This document shows positions 11,332-23,438 of a stretch of DNA of 64,000 nucleotides, in pieces. The DNA is taken from assembly GCF_006345805.1 (NCBI RefSeq), contig NC_043002.1, forward strand, positions 111,352,001 to 111,416,000, given 5' to 3'. This DNA is from Octopus sinensis (lineage: Eukaryota). Position 1 is the first letter of the stretch; each line of letters starts with the position of its first letter. The notes below the pieces were generated by a model. It saw only the letters and a list, made by a program, of their open reading frames with translations. It had not been told where the DNA came from and did no database searches. Position numbers and translations under genes: made by a program.

Positions 11332-13789
11332 AATTATTGATGAAGATCTGAACGTGCTTACCAATACCAACTGCCTTACTGTGTGCACTGGGCGCTTTTT
11401 TCAGGACACTGGCTCTAGTAGGATTGACATGTAAGTTGAAAGCAGAAAGAAAATAAAAGGGGAAAGGAAAAATCCTTGGCTAACTGGGAATGTATTTGAG
11501 AGGGAGAGAGAGCAAGGTGGCTTTATGCCAAGTAATGATTAAAGTATTACTGAGGAACATGAACAGATGTCTTGCTATAAAGGAGATACATGGACATGGT
11601 GCATTATATGAGGGTGGGTGAGAGTATCTGGAAGAGATATAAAGATATTGGTGACATAGTGGCAGAGGGTAACTCTCATGCTACAAGCTGGTGAGTATAA
11701 AGAATATAAATGGTGGATCAAGAGGAAAGTGAGAGATGGTTAGAGCCTGGACTAGAAGTGGTTGTAGGTGTGATGAACATAGGTGCATGTGTAGTTGAGG
11801 GAAAATATCAGTATGAAGGGAGAGGTGAGAGAGAAGTGGCTCATGAAAGAGATGACAAACAGTGGCACAAGAGATGTAAGCAGTAGTGCCTTGAATTTGT
11901 AGATAGATGAGATGAAGAGCAGGATGTGAAAATGGAGAGGGAGAGCAATGGCTGTGAGAGGGGCAGCATCAATGGTTGATATAAGAGGATGATAGGTGTA
12001 AAAGATGAGGTATGGAGCACTATGATGCAGCTCAGGTGGGAGAGATTGAAGGCACAGAAAAGAAGTGATTGTGGGGAGTAGTATGGAAAGGGATGAGGAT
12101 GAGAATTAAAGATGGAGTTTAAAAGGAAGAAGGAGGTGAGTGATAGTAGAAAAGGGGGAATTAAATATATGCTGATTAAGCCCTCAAATAATTACTGCTA
12201 TGACAATTAAGGGTGGTAGAGGGATGGGTGTTTGGAAACTGAGATGTGGGGAAATGCTTGATGTGAGTAGATTGGATGCAGGGCCCAGCATGTACTAACA
12301 TAAGCATAATCTTTTAGAACCTCACTGTCATCATGACAGATGGGTCTTCATGAGCACGGCAAATTGCCAATAATCTCGGTGTGTGTGTGTGTATGTATAT
12401 ACATATATATATAATTCATTCAATCAGAGCCAGATACAATATGAACTCAGCCCTGATGTGAGTATGAAAGGAAGTGATTTGAGTAAAAAAATTATGCTTC
12501 ATCATAAAAGTATGCTCAGAAAAAATCTACTTCAACTTAAAGGGGAATGGGAAATATATGCACATCTCCCAGATTCATGCAAAAACTTATCCAAATTTAA
12601 TCAGTATGAATTGTCCCATGCCCAAAATCAAGACTCATTTTGATTGAGCTGACAGTCTCTTACAAGAACCAAGGAGATGAACAACACCAGTTCGTGATGG
12701 GAAAGTGCACTGAGGGGTACTTTGCACAGTAAAAGCAGTGGAAGTTGGAAATCGTGAGGATTTGTCACCACATCCATGTGTCAACTACAAGCTCAATCTG
12801 AGATTAAGGGTTGCAAAAGAATTGCAACAATAAAACGCTTGTCAGAGACAACTGAGAAGAGCTCAATGTGGTTATGAGTAAAAGGAATGATAGATGGCAA
12901 TTGCAAGAGAATACAGCAAGCCACTAAACATAGGAGGAAAGAAACCCAGATTGAAACAGTGTAAGTTTGTGCAGTGGAGATCACCCAAAGGTCTTGAGAT
13001 CAATCTACACTATAGATGGCATTTAACCCTTTAGTATTTAAACCGGCCATATCCAGCCAAAATATTTAATCTGTTTTATGTTCAAACTGACCAGATCCAG
13101 GCTCTCACACCTACCCTACAATGTTATTCTACATTAGGTAATTACATCATCAAGATCTTGAAGATATGAGATAATGCATGATTAATTCAAACAGCCAGAG
13201 GACACTTAAGTGTCACTACCTTGGTGGTTCAGGCTCCCATACCATGTTCAAAAACAAACTGGCCAAAACATTTGACAGTTCTTCCTCTGAAGATTTCTCT
13301 TCTTGTCTGCTTGGCCTGTAATGAGTTTCCATTTACTATATACATATACACACTAATATCTACTCTTTTACTTCTTTCAGTCATTTGACTGCGGCCATGC
13401 TGGAGCACCACCTTTAGTCGAGCAACTCGACCCCGGGACTTATTCTTTGTAAGCCCAGTACTTATTCTATCGGTATCTTTTGCCGAACCGCTAAGTGACG
13501 GGGACATAAACACACCAGCATCGGTTGTCAAGCAATGCTAGACACACAAACACGCACGCACACACACACACACATATATATACATATATACGACAGGCTT
13601 CTTTCAGTTTCCGTCTACCAAATCCACTCACAAGGATTTGGTCGGCCCGAGGCTATAGTAGAAGACACTTGCCCAAGGTGCCACGCAGTGGGACTGAACC
13701 CGGAACCATGTGGTTGGTAGCAAGCTACTTACCACACAGCCACTCCTGTGCCTATATATATATATAATGTATATATACATATATATTCC

Positions 13790-14115
13790 CCCACTGCCCC
13801 AAGTGGGCCTACCGAATGAACAGGAGCACTTTTATGATACTCTTCTACAGGTTACCTCAAAGATGAGCGACAATGATCTCATCTTCATGGCTGGAGATTT
13901 CAATGGGTATGTCGGATGGCAGCCCGGTATCTTACATGGTGTTCATGTGGGGGGTGAGCATAGAATTGGTTAACAAATCGAAGAGGGAACACAGCTACTG
14001 GAATTCTGTGATGCAAATAACCTTTTGATCTGCAACAACCAACTTCAGGAAGCCAGCCAGCCACCTGAAAACCTATCAATCAGGTGACTCTGGTAGCCAG
14101 ATCAATTACATTCTG
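13790..14115 (+). mobile_element. RTE LINE AP-endonuclease fragment
   Basis: PQVGLPNEQEHFYDTLLQVTSKMSDNDLIFMAGDFNGYVG...LLEFCDANNLLICN...TYQSGDSGSQINYIL, with frameshifts. Confidence 0.85.
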
Positions 14116-15942
14116 GGAAAAGTTTTATCAAAATCAATTCACAGAAAACTGAGAAATCCTAAATTTCACTCTTAAGCTATCAGAGTGTTTCTGGGTGTAT
14201 ATATATACATATATAGGCGCAGGAGTGGCTGTGTGGTAAGTAGCTTGCTAACCAACCACATGGTTCCGGGTTCAGTCCACTGCGTGGCATCTTGGGCAAG
14301 TGTCTTCTGCTATAGCCCCGGGCCGACCAATGCCTTGTGAGTGGATTTGGTAGACGGAAACTGATAGAAGCCTGTCGTATATATGTATATATATATATGT
14401 GTGTGTTTGTGTGTCTGTGTTTGTTCCCCTAGCATTGCTTGACAACCGATGCTGGTGTGTTTACGTCCCCGTCACTTAGCGGTTCGGCAAAAGAGACCGA
14501 TAGAATAAGTACTGGGCTTACAACGAATAAGTCCCGGGGTCGATTTGCTCAACTAAAGGCGGTGCTCCAGCATGGCCGCAGTCAAATGACTGAAACAAGT
14601 AAAAGAAAAGAAAAAAAGAACATTACTTGTTTCAATCAGTGGAATGCAACCTTGACAGGTTAGTCAAACGAATCAACAGCAATACTTATACTTTTTTTTT
14701 TTAGCCAAACACAAAAATACACACACATATATAGACAGATAGATATACCTATTTCTTTATTACCCACAAGGGGCTAAACACAGAGGGGACAAACAAGGAC
14801 AGACATAGGTATTAAGTTGATTACATCGACCCCAGTGTGTAACTGGTACTTAATTTATTGACCCCGAAAGGATGAAAGGCAAAGTCGACCTGGGCGGAAT
14901 TTGAACTCACAACGTAACGGCAGACGAAATACTACTAAGCATTTCGCCCGGCGTGCTAACGTTTCTGCCAGCTCGCCGCCTTCAGATAGATATACCATGG
15001 ACTTCCTTCACTACCAAATCCACTCAAGGATTTGGTCACTCCTGCAATAATAGAAGATGCCTGCCAAGCTGCCGGGCAGTGGAACTGAACACAGAACCAT
15101 GCAAACATCTTATCACACAGCTACACTTGCATCTGTATAAGTTTTAGTAGAAACATCAGAATGCTTCTACGTGAATATCATTGGCTTCACACAATAACAT
15201 TTTGATATACAATAAATTGGGGAAGTTGTAACAATAATTTATGAAAACCCTGTGTGGTTGTGTATGTCTTTGTAAATTAATTTGGTCTCTTAAAGACAGA
15301 AACAAGGACTATACTATCAATTTGGAATCAGTTTGCAATCGCACCGGTTACTAATCAGTGCAGCTGAAACGTGTAGGTCTATGCAAAGCTGTATATATAT
15401 AAAAAAAAATTAAAGGTAATAACTAAGTTACCTTGTAATAATCCTTATTATTACTGATATATATATATGTATATATATGTGTATATATATACATATATAT
15501 ACATATAAACATATATATGTATATATATATGTATATATACATATATACATATAAACATATACATATATATATATACATGTGTATATATACATATGTATAC
15601 ATATATATATGTGTATATATATATATATGTATATATATACATATATATGTATGTATATATATAATATAAATAGAATATATATAGGCATATATGCATACAT
15701 ATATGTACATACTGACATATATATGTATATATCTTCACAAATATGGGCACAAGATGTCACAAAATGAAAACAACATGAAATATAAAAACATGAAATCCAA
15801 AATACGAAAACCAACATGAAATACAAAGACAAACTTTTTTTTGGCGAACGAGAGAAACAAATGGAAAACGAGACAAGTAACATAAAGCATGACCCTTCAT
15901 CAGCTGTCGGCTGTTTATCGGGAACAACTGTTTTCTTGAAGG

Positions 15943-16003
15943 CACATACTGTCGTAAATTGCTCGAAATGTGGAGTAGATAAACAGCCGACAGCTGATAA
16001 AGG
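15943..16003 (+). ncRNA. Second non-circularly permuted hammerhead-like motif; core mutated to CUGAUAA
   Basis: CACAT-A-CTGTCG ... CTC-GAAA-TGTG ... CGACAG-CTGATAA-A-GG. The topology matches 32621-32683 with different but compensatory stem sequences. The inverted left arm (15893-15919) retains the intact CTGATGAAGGG on the minus strand. Confidence 0.6.
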
Positions 16004-16126
16004 TCCATGCTTTATGCTACTTGTCTTGTTTTCTATTTGTTTCTCTCATTGTTTGCAAAACATAAGGAAAATGTTTGCCTTCGTATTTCATGTTGTTTAT
16101 GTTTTGTGACATCCTGCACCCATGTA

Positions 16127-16168
<42 letters not shown>

Positions 16169-17324
16169 TATGTCAGTATGTACATATATGTATATATGCC
16201 AATATATATTTTATTTATATTATTATATGACTGAACACCACGCATCTATTTCCAAGTAGATTTATCTTTTTTATATATTATATATATATATATATATACT
16301 AGCAGTATCGCCCAGCGTTGCTCGGGTTTGTAAGGGAAATAACTATATAAGCATTTTTAGAGATGTAAAGTATAATAGCCATCTCAATATGGCTAACCAC
16401 AAAGGGGGGGATGTTACTGTAGCTTTTTACGTTCTGAGATTTAATAATACATTTTTAGAGAGTTACTTCCCTTATATAATAGCAAAAAAAATGCATTAGA
16501 AATGGAAAAAAATTATGGTAAATTTTTTTTTAAATCGTAGACTCATCGTAGATGCGCGCTAATACCCAGAAGGGCTCGATATGAATCACAACTATAAGAT
16601 ACCCGGTTTTGGTTACACTGCACCGCAAAATGTGGGAGTAGTTAGGAATCTAAATCGTAGGAGACAGACACACAACTTCACTTTTATATATAAAGATATC
16701 ACATATATATGGCTTAAAATTTCGGATATTGCAATCATAAAATTGTGGTCTTCATTGCTGGACTGGACAATGCATAGTGTTCTTCAGCAAAACCCTTCAT
16801 TTCACATTTTTCCAGCTCACTCAGCAAGCAAAGATGAGTTATCCAGTGACAGAATGTCAACATGTCTAAGGAAGAATATATATGATACAGAATCTGTGAA
16901 ACCTTATGAGCCTATGGTTCAGGAAGGGCATTTGATCTTTTACGTATATTATTTATTTATTTATGTGCCCTTTTTAAGCCTAGCCAGGCTCATGGGCTTG
17001 GTTTCCCGGTTTTTGTGGCATGTGTGTTCCCACCAGCTGGACAGGATGCCAGTCCATTGCAGCATTACTCAAGAAACAGGAAGAAAGAGTGAGAGAAAGT
17101 TAGGGTGAAAGAGTACAACAGGGGTCGCCACCACCCCCTGCCGGAGCCTCATGGGGCTTTTAGGTGTTTTCGCTCAACAAACACACACAACGCCCGGTCT
17201 GGGAATCGAAACCACGATCTTCTGACTGCGAATCCGCTGCCCTAACCACTGGGCCATTGCGTCTCCTTTATGTATATACATACATATATATATATACAGG
17301 TTATGGTCTCATTTGGCTACCCAG

Positions 17325-19180
17325 GTCTTCTCAAGCACAGCATATTTCCATTAGGTGAGGCCTAATGTTCGAAGGTCATGCTTCACCACTTCATCCCAGG
17401 TCTTCCTCTTCCATAGGTTCCCTCAACTGGTAGGGTGTGGCACTTTTTCACATAGCTATCCTCATCCATTCTCACCACATGACCATACAAGCACAGTCGT
17501 CTCTCTTGCACACCACATCTGATGCTTCTTAGGTCCAACTTTTCTCTCAAAGCACTGTTTCACTGCCATGTAGTATGGCTGTTTGTACACATGCATCATA
17601 CAGTCTACCTTTTACTCTGAGAGGTCTTTTGTCACCAGCAGAGGTAGGAGCTCTCTGAACTTTGCCCAGGCTATTCTTATTCTAGCAGCTACACTTTCAT
17701 AGCACCCACTCCTGATACTGACTTCCTTTGATACAATACCTCTTATGTGTCCATAGCTTACACTGGGTACATCTGTACATCTTATAGAGTTTCTACCTAA
17801 TCTTTTTCTACAAATCGAGCAGGGTCATCTACTTGAAGGGATTTGCAGTTTGTCTGCCTTCCTACTTATTAGGACTTTGGTTTTAGCAAGGTTGACTCTA
17901 AGGCCCTCGATTCTAATCCTTGCTTCCACACCTGAAACTTCTCCTCTAGTTCTGATAGTGACTCAGCAATTAAAGCAAGGTCATCAGCATAGAAGAGCTC
18001 CCAGGGGCATCCTGTCTTGAATTCCTCCGTTATTGCCTGAAGGATTATGATAAATGGGAGGTGGCTGAGTATTGAACCTTGGTGGACCTCTTCCCCTACC
18101 CAGAATTCTTCACTGCACTCGTTTCCAACCCTCCCCTTACTGACAACCTGTACATGGCTTGCACAGCTCTCACTAACCATTCATCTATCCCTAGTTTCCT
18201 CATTGACCACCAGATAAGGGATCGAAGGACCCTGTCAAAAGCTTTCTCCATGTCAACGAAAGCCAGGTACAGAGGTTTATCTTTGACTAGGTATTTCTCC
18301 TGTAGCTGTCTAACCAGAAATATAGCATCAGTGGTGCTTTTCCCTGGTACGAACCCAAACTGCATCTCATCTAAACTGACTCTCACCCTAATTATCTGGG
18401 CTATGACCCTCTCCGTGACCCTCATTACCTGATCCAACAACTTGATACCTCTGTAATTATTTGTATCTAAAGCATCACCTTTATCTTAGTAGCAGTTGAC
18501 TATGGTGCTGCTACACCAGTCATTGGGTATGACTCCTTCATGTATCACCTGATTGACTATACGGGTGACTAGGCTATAGCCAACACCACCAGATATTTTG
18601 AGCATCTCTGCGGTGATTCTTGATGGGCCAGGAGTTTTGCCTGTCTTCATACTCTTAATTGCTTTATCTACCAAAGTACTGTCAATTCGAATAGCTGGTC
18701 CCTCTGTTTGGTCGACATTCAGCAGACTCTCTTTCTCTCATCCATTCTCTTTATTGAGCAACCTTTCATAGTGGCGTCTCCAAACCTCTCTCTTTGCAGC
18801 CTCATTTAGCGCAAGTGGACCATCATCCATGCAAACACATTTCTCTCCTACCACATCACGATTTTCTCTCACACACTGTCTTGCAACACGAAATACTTCA
18901 AGTCTTTTTCTTATCTGCTTCCCCTCTGGCTAAATAAACCTATCTCCTAGCTTCCCTTCTGGTAGTTTGATACAATTCCTGGCTATCACCGTTCTTCCAT
19001 TCCTCCCAAGCCTGTTTTTATTCTCTAATAGCCCTGTCAACAACATTGTTCCACCATGTTACCTTGGGTCGAGGGGACTTTGCACCATCCACAGATCTGG
19101 TCAGTGGCCCTCAGCAGGTTGTCCCGTAGAAACCTCCAGTTGTCTTCCACATCATGTGATGCTATATCCCCTAATACATA
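17325..19180 (-). mobile_element. Degenerate RTE-clade LINE (family with GAT-repeat tail), RT region through to the end of ORF2
   Basis: QFGFVPGKSTTDAIFLVRQLQEKY, AFVDMEKAFDRV, VHQGSILS and ELFYADDLALIAES, ending in KTWDEVVKHDLRTLGLT. Contains stops and deletions. Confidence 0.9.
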
Positions 19181-19224
19181 TATATATATATGTGTACATA
19201 CATACATATATATATATATGTCTT

Positions 19225-22200
19225 CTCCTTATGCAGAGTTTGACCACCTCCTCTACCACACCTTAGTACCATCATGGCATCTGATGTGGCTTTTTAAACC
19301 AGACAATGTTCTGAAAAGACACTCACATAGATTGCTCATCCGATTTGACACCAAGAGCTGCAGATAAGTTCTCATCTTTGTGGATCTTAAAATGTCTTTT
19401 GAGGCCTCCATTAGATTTGCAAACCTTCTGGCATACACAGCATTCAAAGGTGTGCACAAAGGGGAAGCAGATAAGAAAAAGACTTGAAGTATTTCGTGTT
19501 GCAAGACAGTGTGTGACAGAGAATCATGATGTGGTAGGAGAGAAATGTGTTCACATGGATGATGGTTCACTTGCACTAAACGAGGCTGCAAAGAGAGAGG
19601 TTTGGAGACGCCACTATGAAAGGTTGCTCAATAAAGAGAATGGATGAGAGAAAGAGAGTCTGCTGAATGTCGACCAAACAGAGGGACCAGCTATTCGAAT
19701 TGACAGTACCTTGGTAGTATATGGGCAGAGTAGTTGGTGGAGATTCGTTTTCCATGGGTTCACAAATGAGTTTTGAGTTTGGTGAAAAAATGGCATGGTC
19801 TGTCACAAACCGTGCACACAAAAAAGTCATTGTGACTCACCTTCTTGGTCGTAACATTCTTCCTTTAACTTCTTTTGAGTCTTCCATGTGTTATCCTGGC
19901 CTCTTCAAACACTTTCACTCCACTCCACACATTTGTTCACCATCCAGCTCAATCCAAACAAGGGTTTCTATGTCCTCTGGATCCATTCCAAGTGACTTCT
20001 TCATGCCATCCTTAAACCATTTTTTAGGTTTACGCCAATAGCATTTCCCCTCTGCAAGCTCACCGTAAAACAGCTATTTCGGCATGCGTTCATCCACCAT
20101 TCAAACCATATGACCACGCCATTTCATTTGGTTTCTAAAAACCATAGCTTTAATTTGAGGTGATGCCTGAAGATGTTTGGAGTAAAAGAACTCCATTTAA
20201 TATAGCATCAGTGGTTCTTTTACCTGACATGAACCCAAACTGCATCTCATCTAAACTGACTCTCACCCTAATTAGCTGGGCTATGACCCTCTCCGTGACC
20301 TTCATTACCTGATCCAACAACTTGATACCTCTGTAATTATTTGTATCTAAAGCGTCACCTTTATCTTTGTAGCAGTTGACTATGGTGCTGCTACACCACT
20401 CATTGGGTATGACTCCTTCATGTATCACCTGGTTAACGATACGGGTGACTAGGCTATAGCCAACACCGTAAAACAGCTATTTTGGCATGCATTCATCCAC
20501 CATTCAAACCATATGGCCACACCATTTCATTTGGTTTCTAAAAATCATCGCTTTAATTTGAGGTGATACCTGAAGATGTTTGGAGTAAAAGAACTCCATT
20601 TAATGTTTAAAACACGATGAAGGCATTTTTTGTGGAATTGTTTTTACAATTTAAAATGCCTTTCGAAACAAGTCCAAGTTTCACCAGAATACAACAGAGA
20701 TGGAATGACAAATGATTTGTAAAGAGCCAGCTTTGTATTCTTATTTATATGTCGCTGGCACCAAACATGTGACTCCAAGCTACCAAATGCTTTTGCTGCC
20801 CTTTGAATTCACAGATGTAGTTCTGTATCAAGATTTCCAGCATTTTGTACAGAGCTTCCAAGGTAGATGAATGAATCAACAACCTCAAATAACTTACCCT
20901 TAACAAAAATTTTAGTGGGGGTTACAAACAGCACCACACACTGGTTGATGCATTACAACTGTTTTTTCAAGTTGATGGCCAAGCCAAAATCCTCACCATC
21001 TGAATCAAATGCAGAAACAAGAGATTGCAGAAATGTTTCAGAATGACTGACAAGATCGCAATCGTCAGCGTATAAAAGTTCCCTAATGAGTGAAGTAAAA
21101 ACCTTCGTTTTGAATTTCAGTCTGGTCAGATTAAAAACATTTCCTGTTGTTCGATATTTTATGTAAATACCCTCCTCAGAGTTTTGAAAAGCATGTGACA
21201 ACACAACAGCAAAGTATATTGCAAAGAGGGTGGGTGAATCAAGGTCTCCTTTTCCATGGCAAAAGATTCAGAGAGTCTACCACCAAAGTTAAGTCTAGTT
21301 TTCATATCTTGATACAAAGCTCTGATCAAATTTTACAAATTTTTCTAGGCAACCTATTTTCCTTAGAATTAGCTACAGAGCATCAAATGCTTTGCCCAAA
21401 TCAACAAAGCAATGGTACAGGGTAAGATTCTGTTCAATGCACTTTTCTTGCAATTGTCTGATAATAAAGATACAATCAGCTGTGCCCCTGGAGGAACGAA
21501 AATCACACTGAGACTCAGGCACTATATGGAACTATAAAGGTATTTAAATGTTCTAACAAAATGCTGCAAGTACCTTTTCAACCACAGACAAAAGCGAAAT
21601 CCCACGAAAATTACCACAGAAATCCTTTGGCCCTGATTTATATAAGGAAACTAAAATGGCATCAATCCAGTCTTGAGGCACTTTCTCAGTTCTCCAAGTG
21701 ACAAATTAATATATTTAAGAGTTCAAACATTTTGTCACTCCCATATTTCAAGACTTCTGCACAGATTCCATCAGACCCTGGAGACTTATTGTTATTCAGC
21801 TTAGTCACAGCTACATAAATGTCATTTAGAGTTGGTTCAAATGCCATCTCTTCCATAACTGGAAGGTGTTTAATTTTTCTATTGTCCTCATGTCAATGGA
21901 TAATGGTCATTTCAAAAGTGCAGGAAAATGTTCTACCCAGTGCTTATGAATAGAAGCGGTGTCAGAAGAAAATGTCCATTTGCTGTTCTCACTGGATTTG
22001 GGGGCAAATACCTCCTTAACATAAGGATTTGGGACCAAATACCTCCTTAACATAAGAGTACAAACCCTTAGCATCATTTCTATCAGCTGTATCTTGTGCC
22101 CACTTTACTCTATCATTCCACCATTCCTGTTTAATTTTCCTTAGAGCAGTCTGCACTTTCCCTTTCAGATTTCTGTACGTTTTGTTTGAGTTGGGGTTCA

Positions 22201-22290
22201 AGGACCGAGAAAGAAGTGCATTGCTTAAGTTTTGTTTTTCTATAAGTAGATCATGAATTTCTGCTGATCTTTCTGAGAACCAGTCACTGG
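19225..22290 (-). mobile_element. Degenerate RTE-BovB-like LINE with C-terminal C2H2 fingers; carries two inserted pieces of the neighbouring RTE
   Basis: DWFSERSAEIHDLL...VQTALRKIKQEWWN, GIYIKYRTTGNVFNLTRLKFKTKV...ELLYADDCDLVSHSE and LFYGELAEG, plus zinc-finger motifs at 19285-19823. Confidence 0.88.
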
Positions 22291-23438
22291 ACTTCATCAT
22301 CATCATCATCATCATCATTTAGCGTCCGCTTTCCATGCTAGCGTGGGTCAAACTGTCCAACCCGTGCTAGCACGGAAAACAGACGTTAAACGATGATGAT
22401 GATTCTCCCTCTTTGTTTCTCTCTCACTTTTCCACTCTCTTACTTTTCTTTTCTCTCGCTTTCTCTTACTCTCTATCTTTATCTATCTTTCTCCCATTTA
22501 TAAACAACAAAAGATCTTGAGTAAGTTGAGAAATAAAATATTTAGAAAGATCAATCATAAATATCAGGCAGTGGCAACGGAAAGGTCTGCTTCAAGGCAG
22601 ACAGCAAAACGCTAACATTTAAAAGGGACAGACGAACTTGCGAGCTGAATAAAAATAATAAAATATTGGAAACCAAAGTTTGAAGGGATAGAATCTGAGG
22701 ATAATAGAGTCATCATGGCTGGCATTTCTTAACGACAGACAGCAACGTATTGACAGTTTAACGGCTGGCGTAAAATTTTGAACTTGATGTAAAAGAAAAT
22801 TCGTAAACACCAAGTTTTGAAGTGATTCTTTCTCACGACAGTAGACTCACCATGGCAAGCATTCAAAACTTTTTCATCATGGACGGCAACACATTGACGA
22901 TTAAAAGGCTGGCTCAAATTTTTTAGCTTGATGTAACAGAGAATTCCTAAACACTCGCTCATTTAAATTTTAATCCCCTTCCAGCCCCATTTAGACCCCT
23001 TTTCACATTATGGTTAATATAACCCGATTTGATTCGGGTCTACTGGGGCCACATTTTATAAGATGAGGAATTTTGTCCTAGAGGTCACGCCTTTCATTTG
23101 AGGAAAAAAATAGTTGTCATGCAAACTTGCCAGCACTTTAAACATAGGTGTGCATATTTTCAGCTGAACCGACCAACCACATAATGCACACATTATATAT
23201 ATATATATATGTGTATATATATGTGTGTGTGTGTGCACGCATTATATATACAAATGTATACAAATTATATATATATATATGTATAAATTAAATTAGAGAT
23301 AAAACCACTAATAGGAAAATCAAACAGTGAAAAACCAAAAACAAAAACATAAAAATAAAAATATAATATAGAAAATTGAAAAATTTAAAATAAAAATTAT
23401 TAAATTATATTTATAATTTGTTTAAAAATATATATAAC

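Noticed and set aside
11400-12300. Purine-rich stretch as a coding or regulatory feature
   Set aside because: No ORF or motif; it looks like an old degenerate repeat that cannot be classified by eye.
13229-13767. Recurrent ORFs such as DRLLSVSVYQIHSQG... and MTTDAGVF... found at many positions
   Set aside because: They are chance frames within SINE family A copies, with variable starts and stops.
19225-22290. Horizontal transfer of the BovB-like LINE
   Set aside because: BovB is known for horizontal transfer, but this copy is decayed and nothing in the window tests the idea; it needs a phylogeny.
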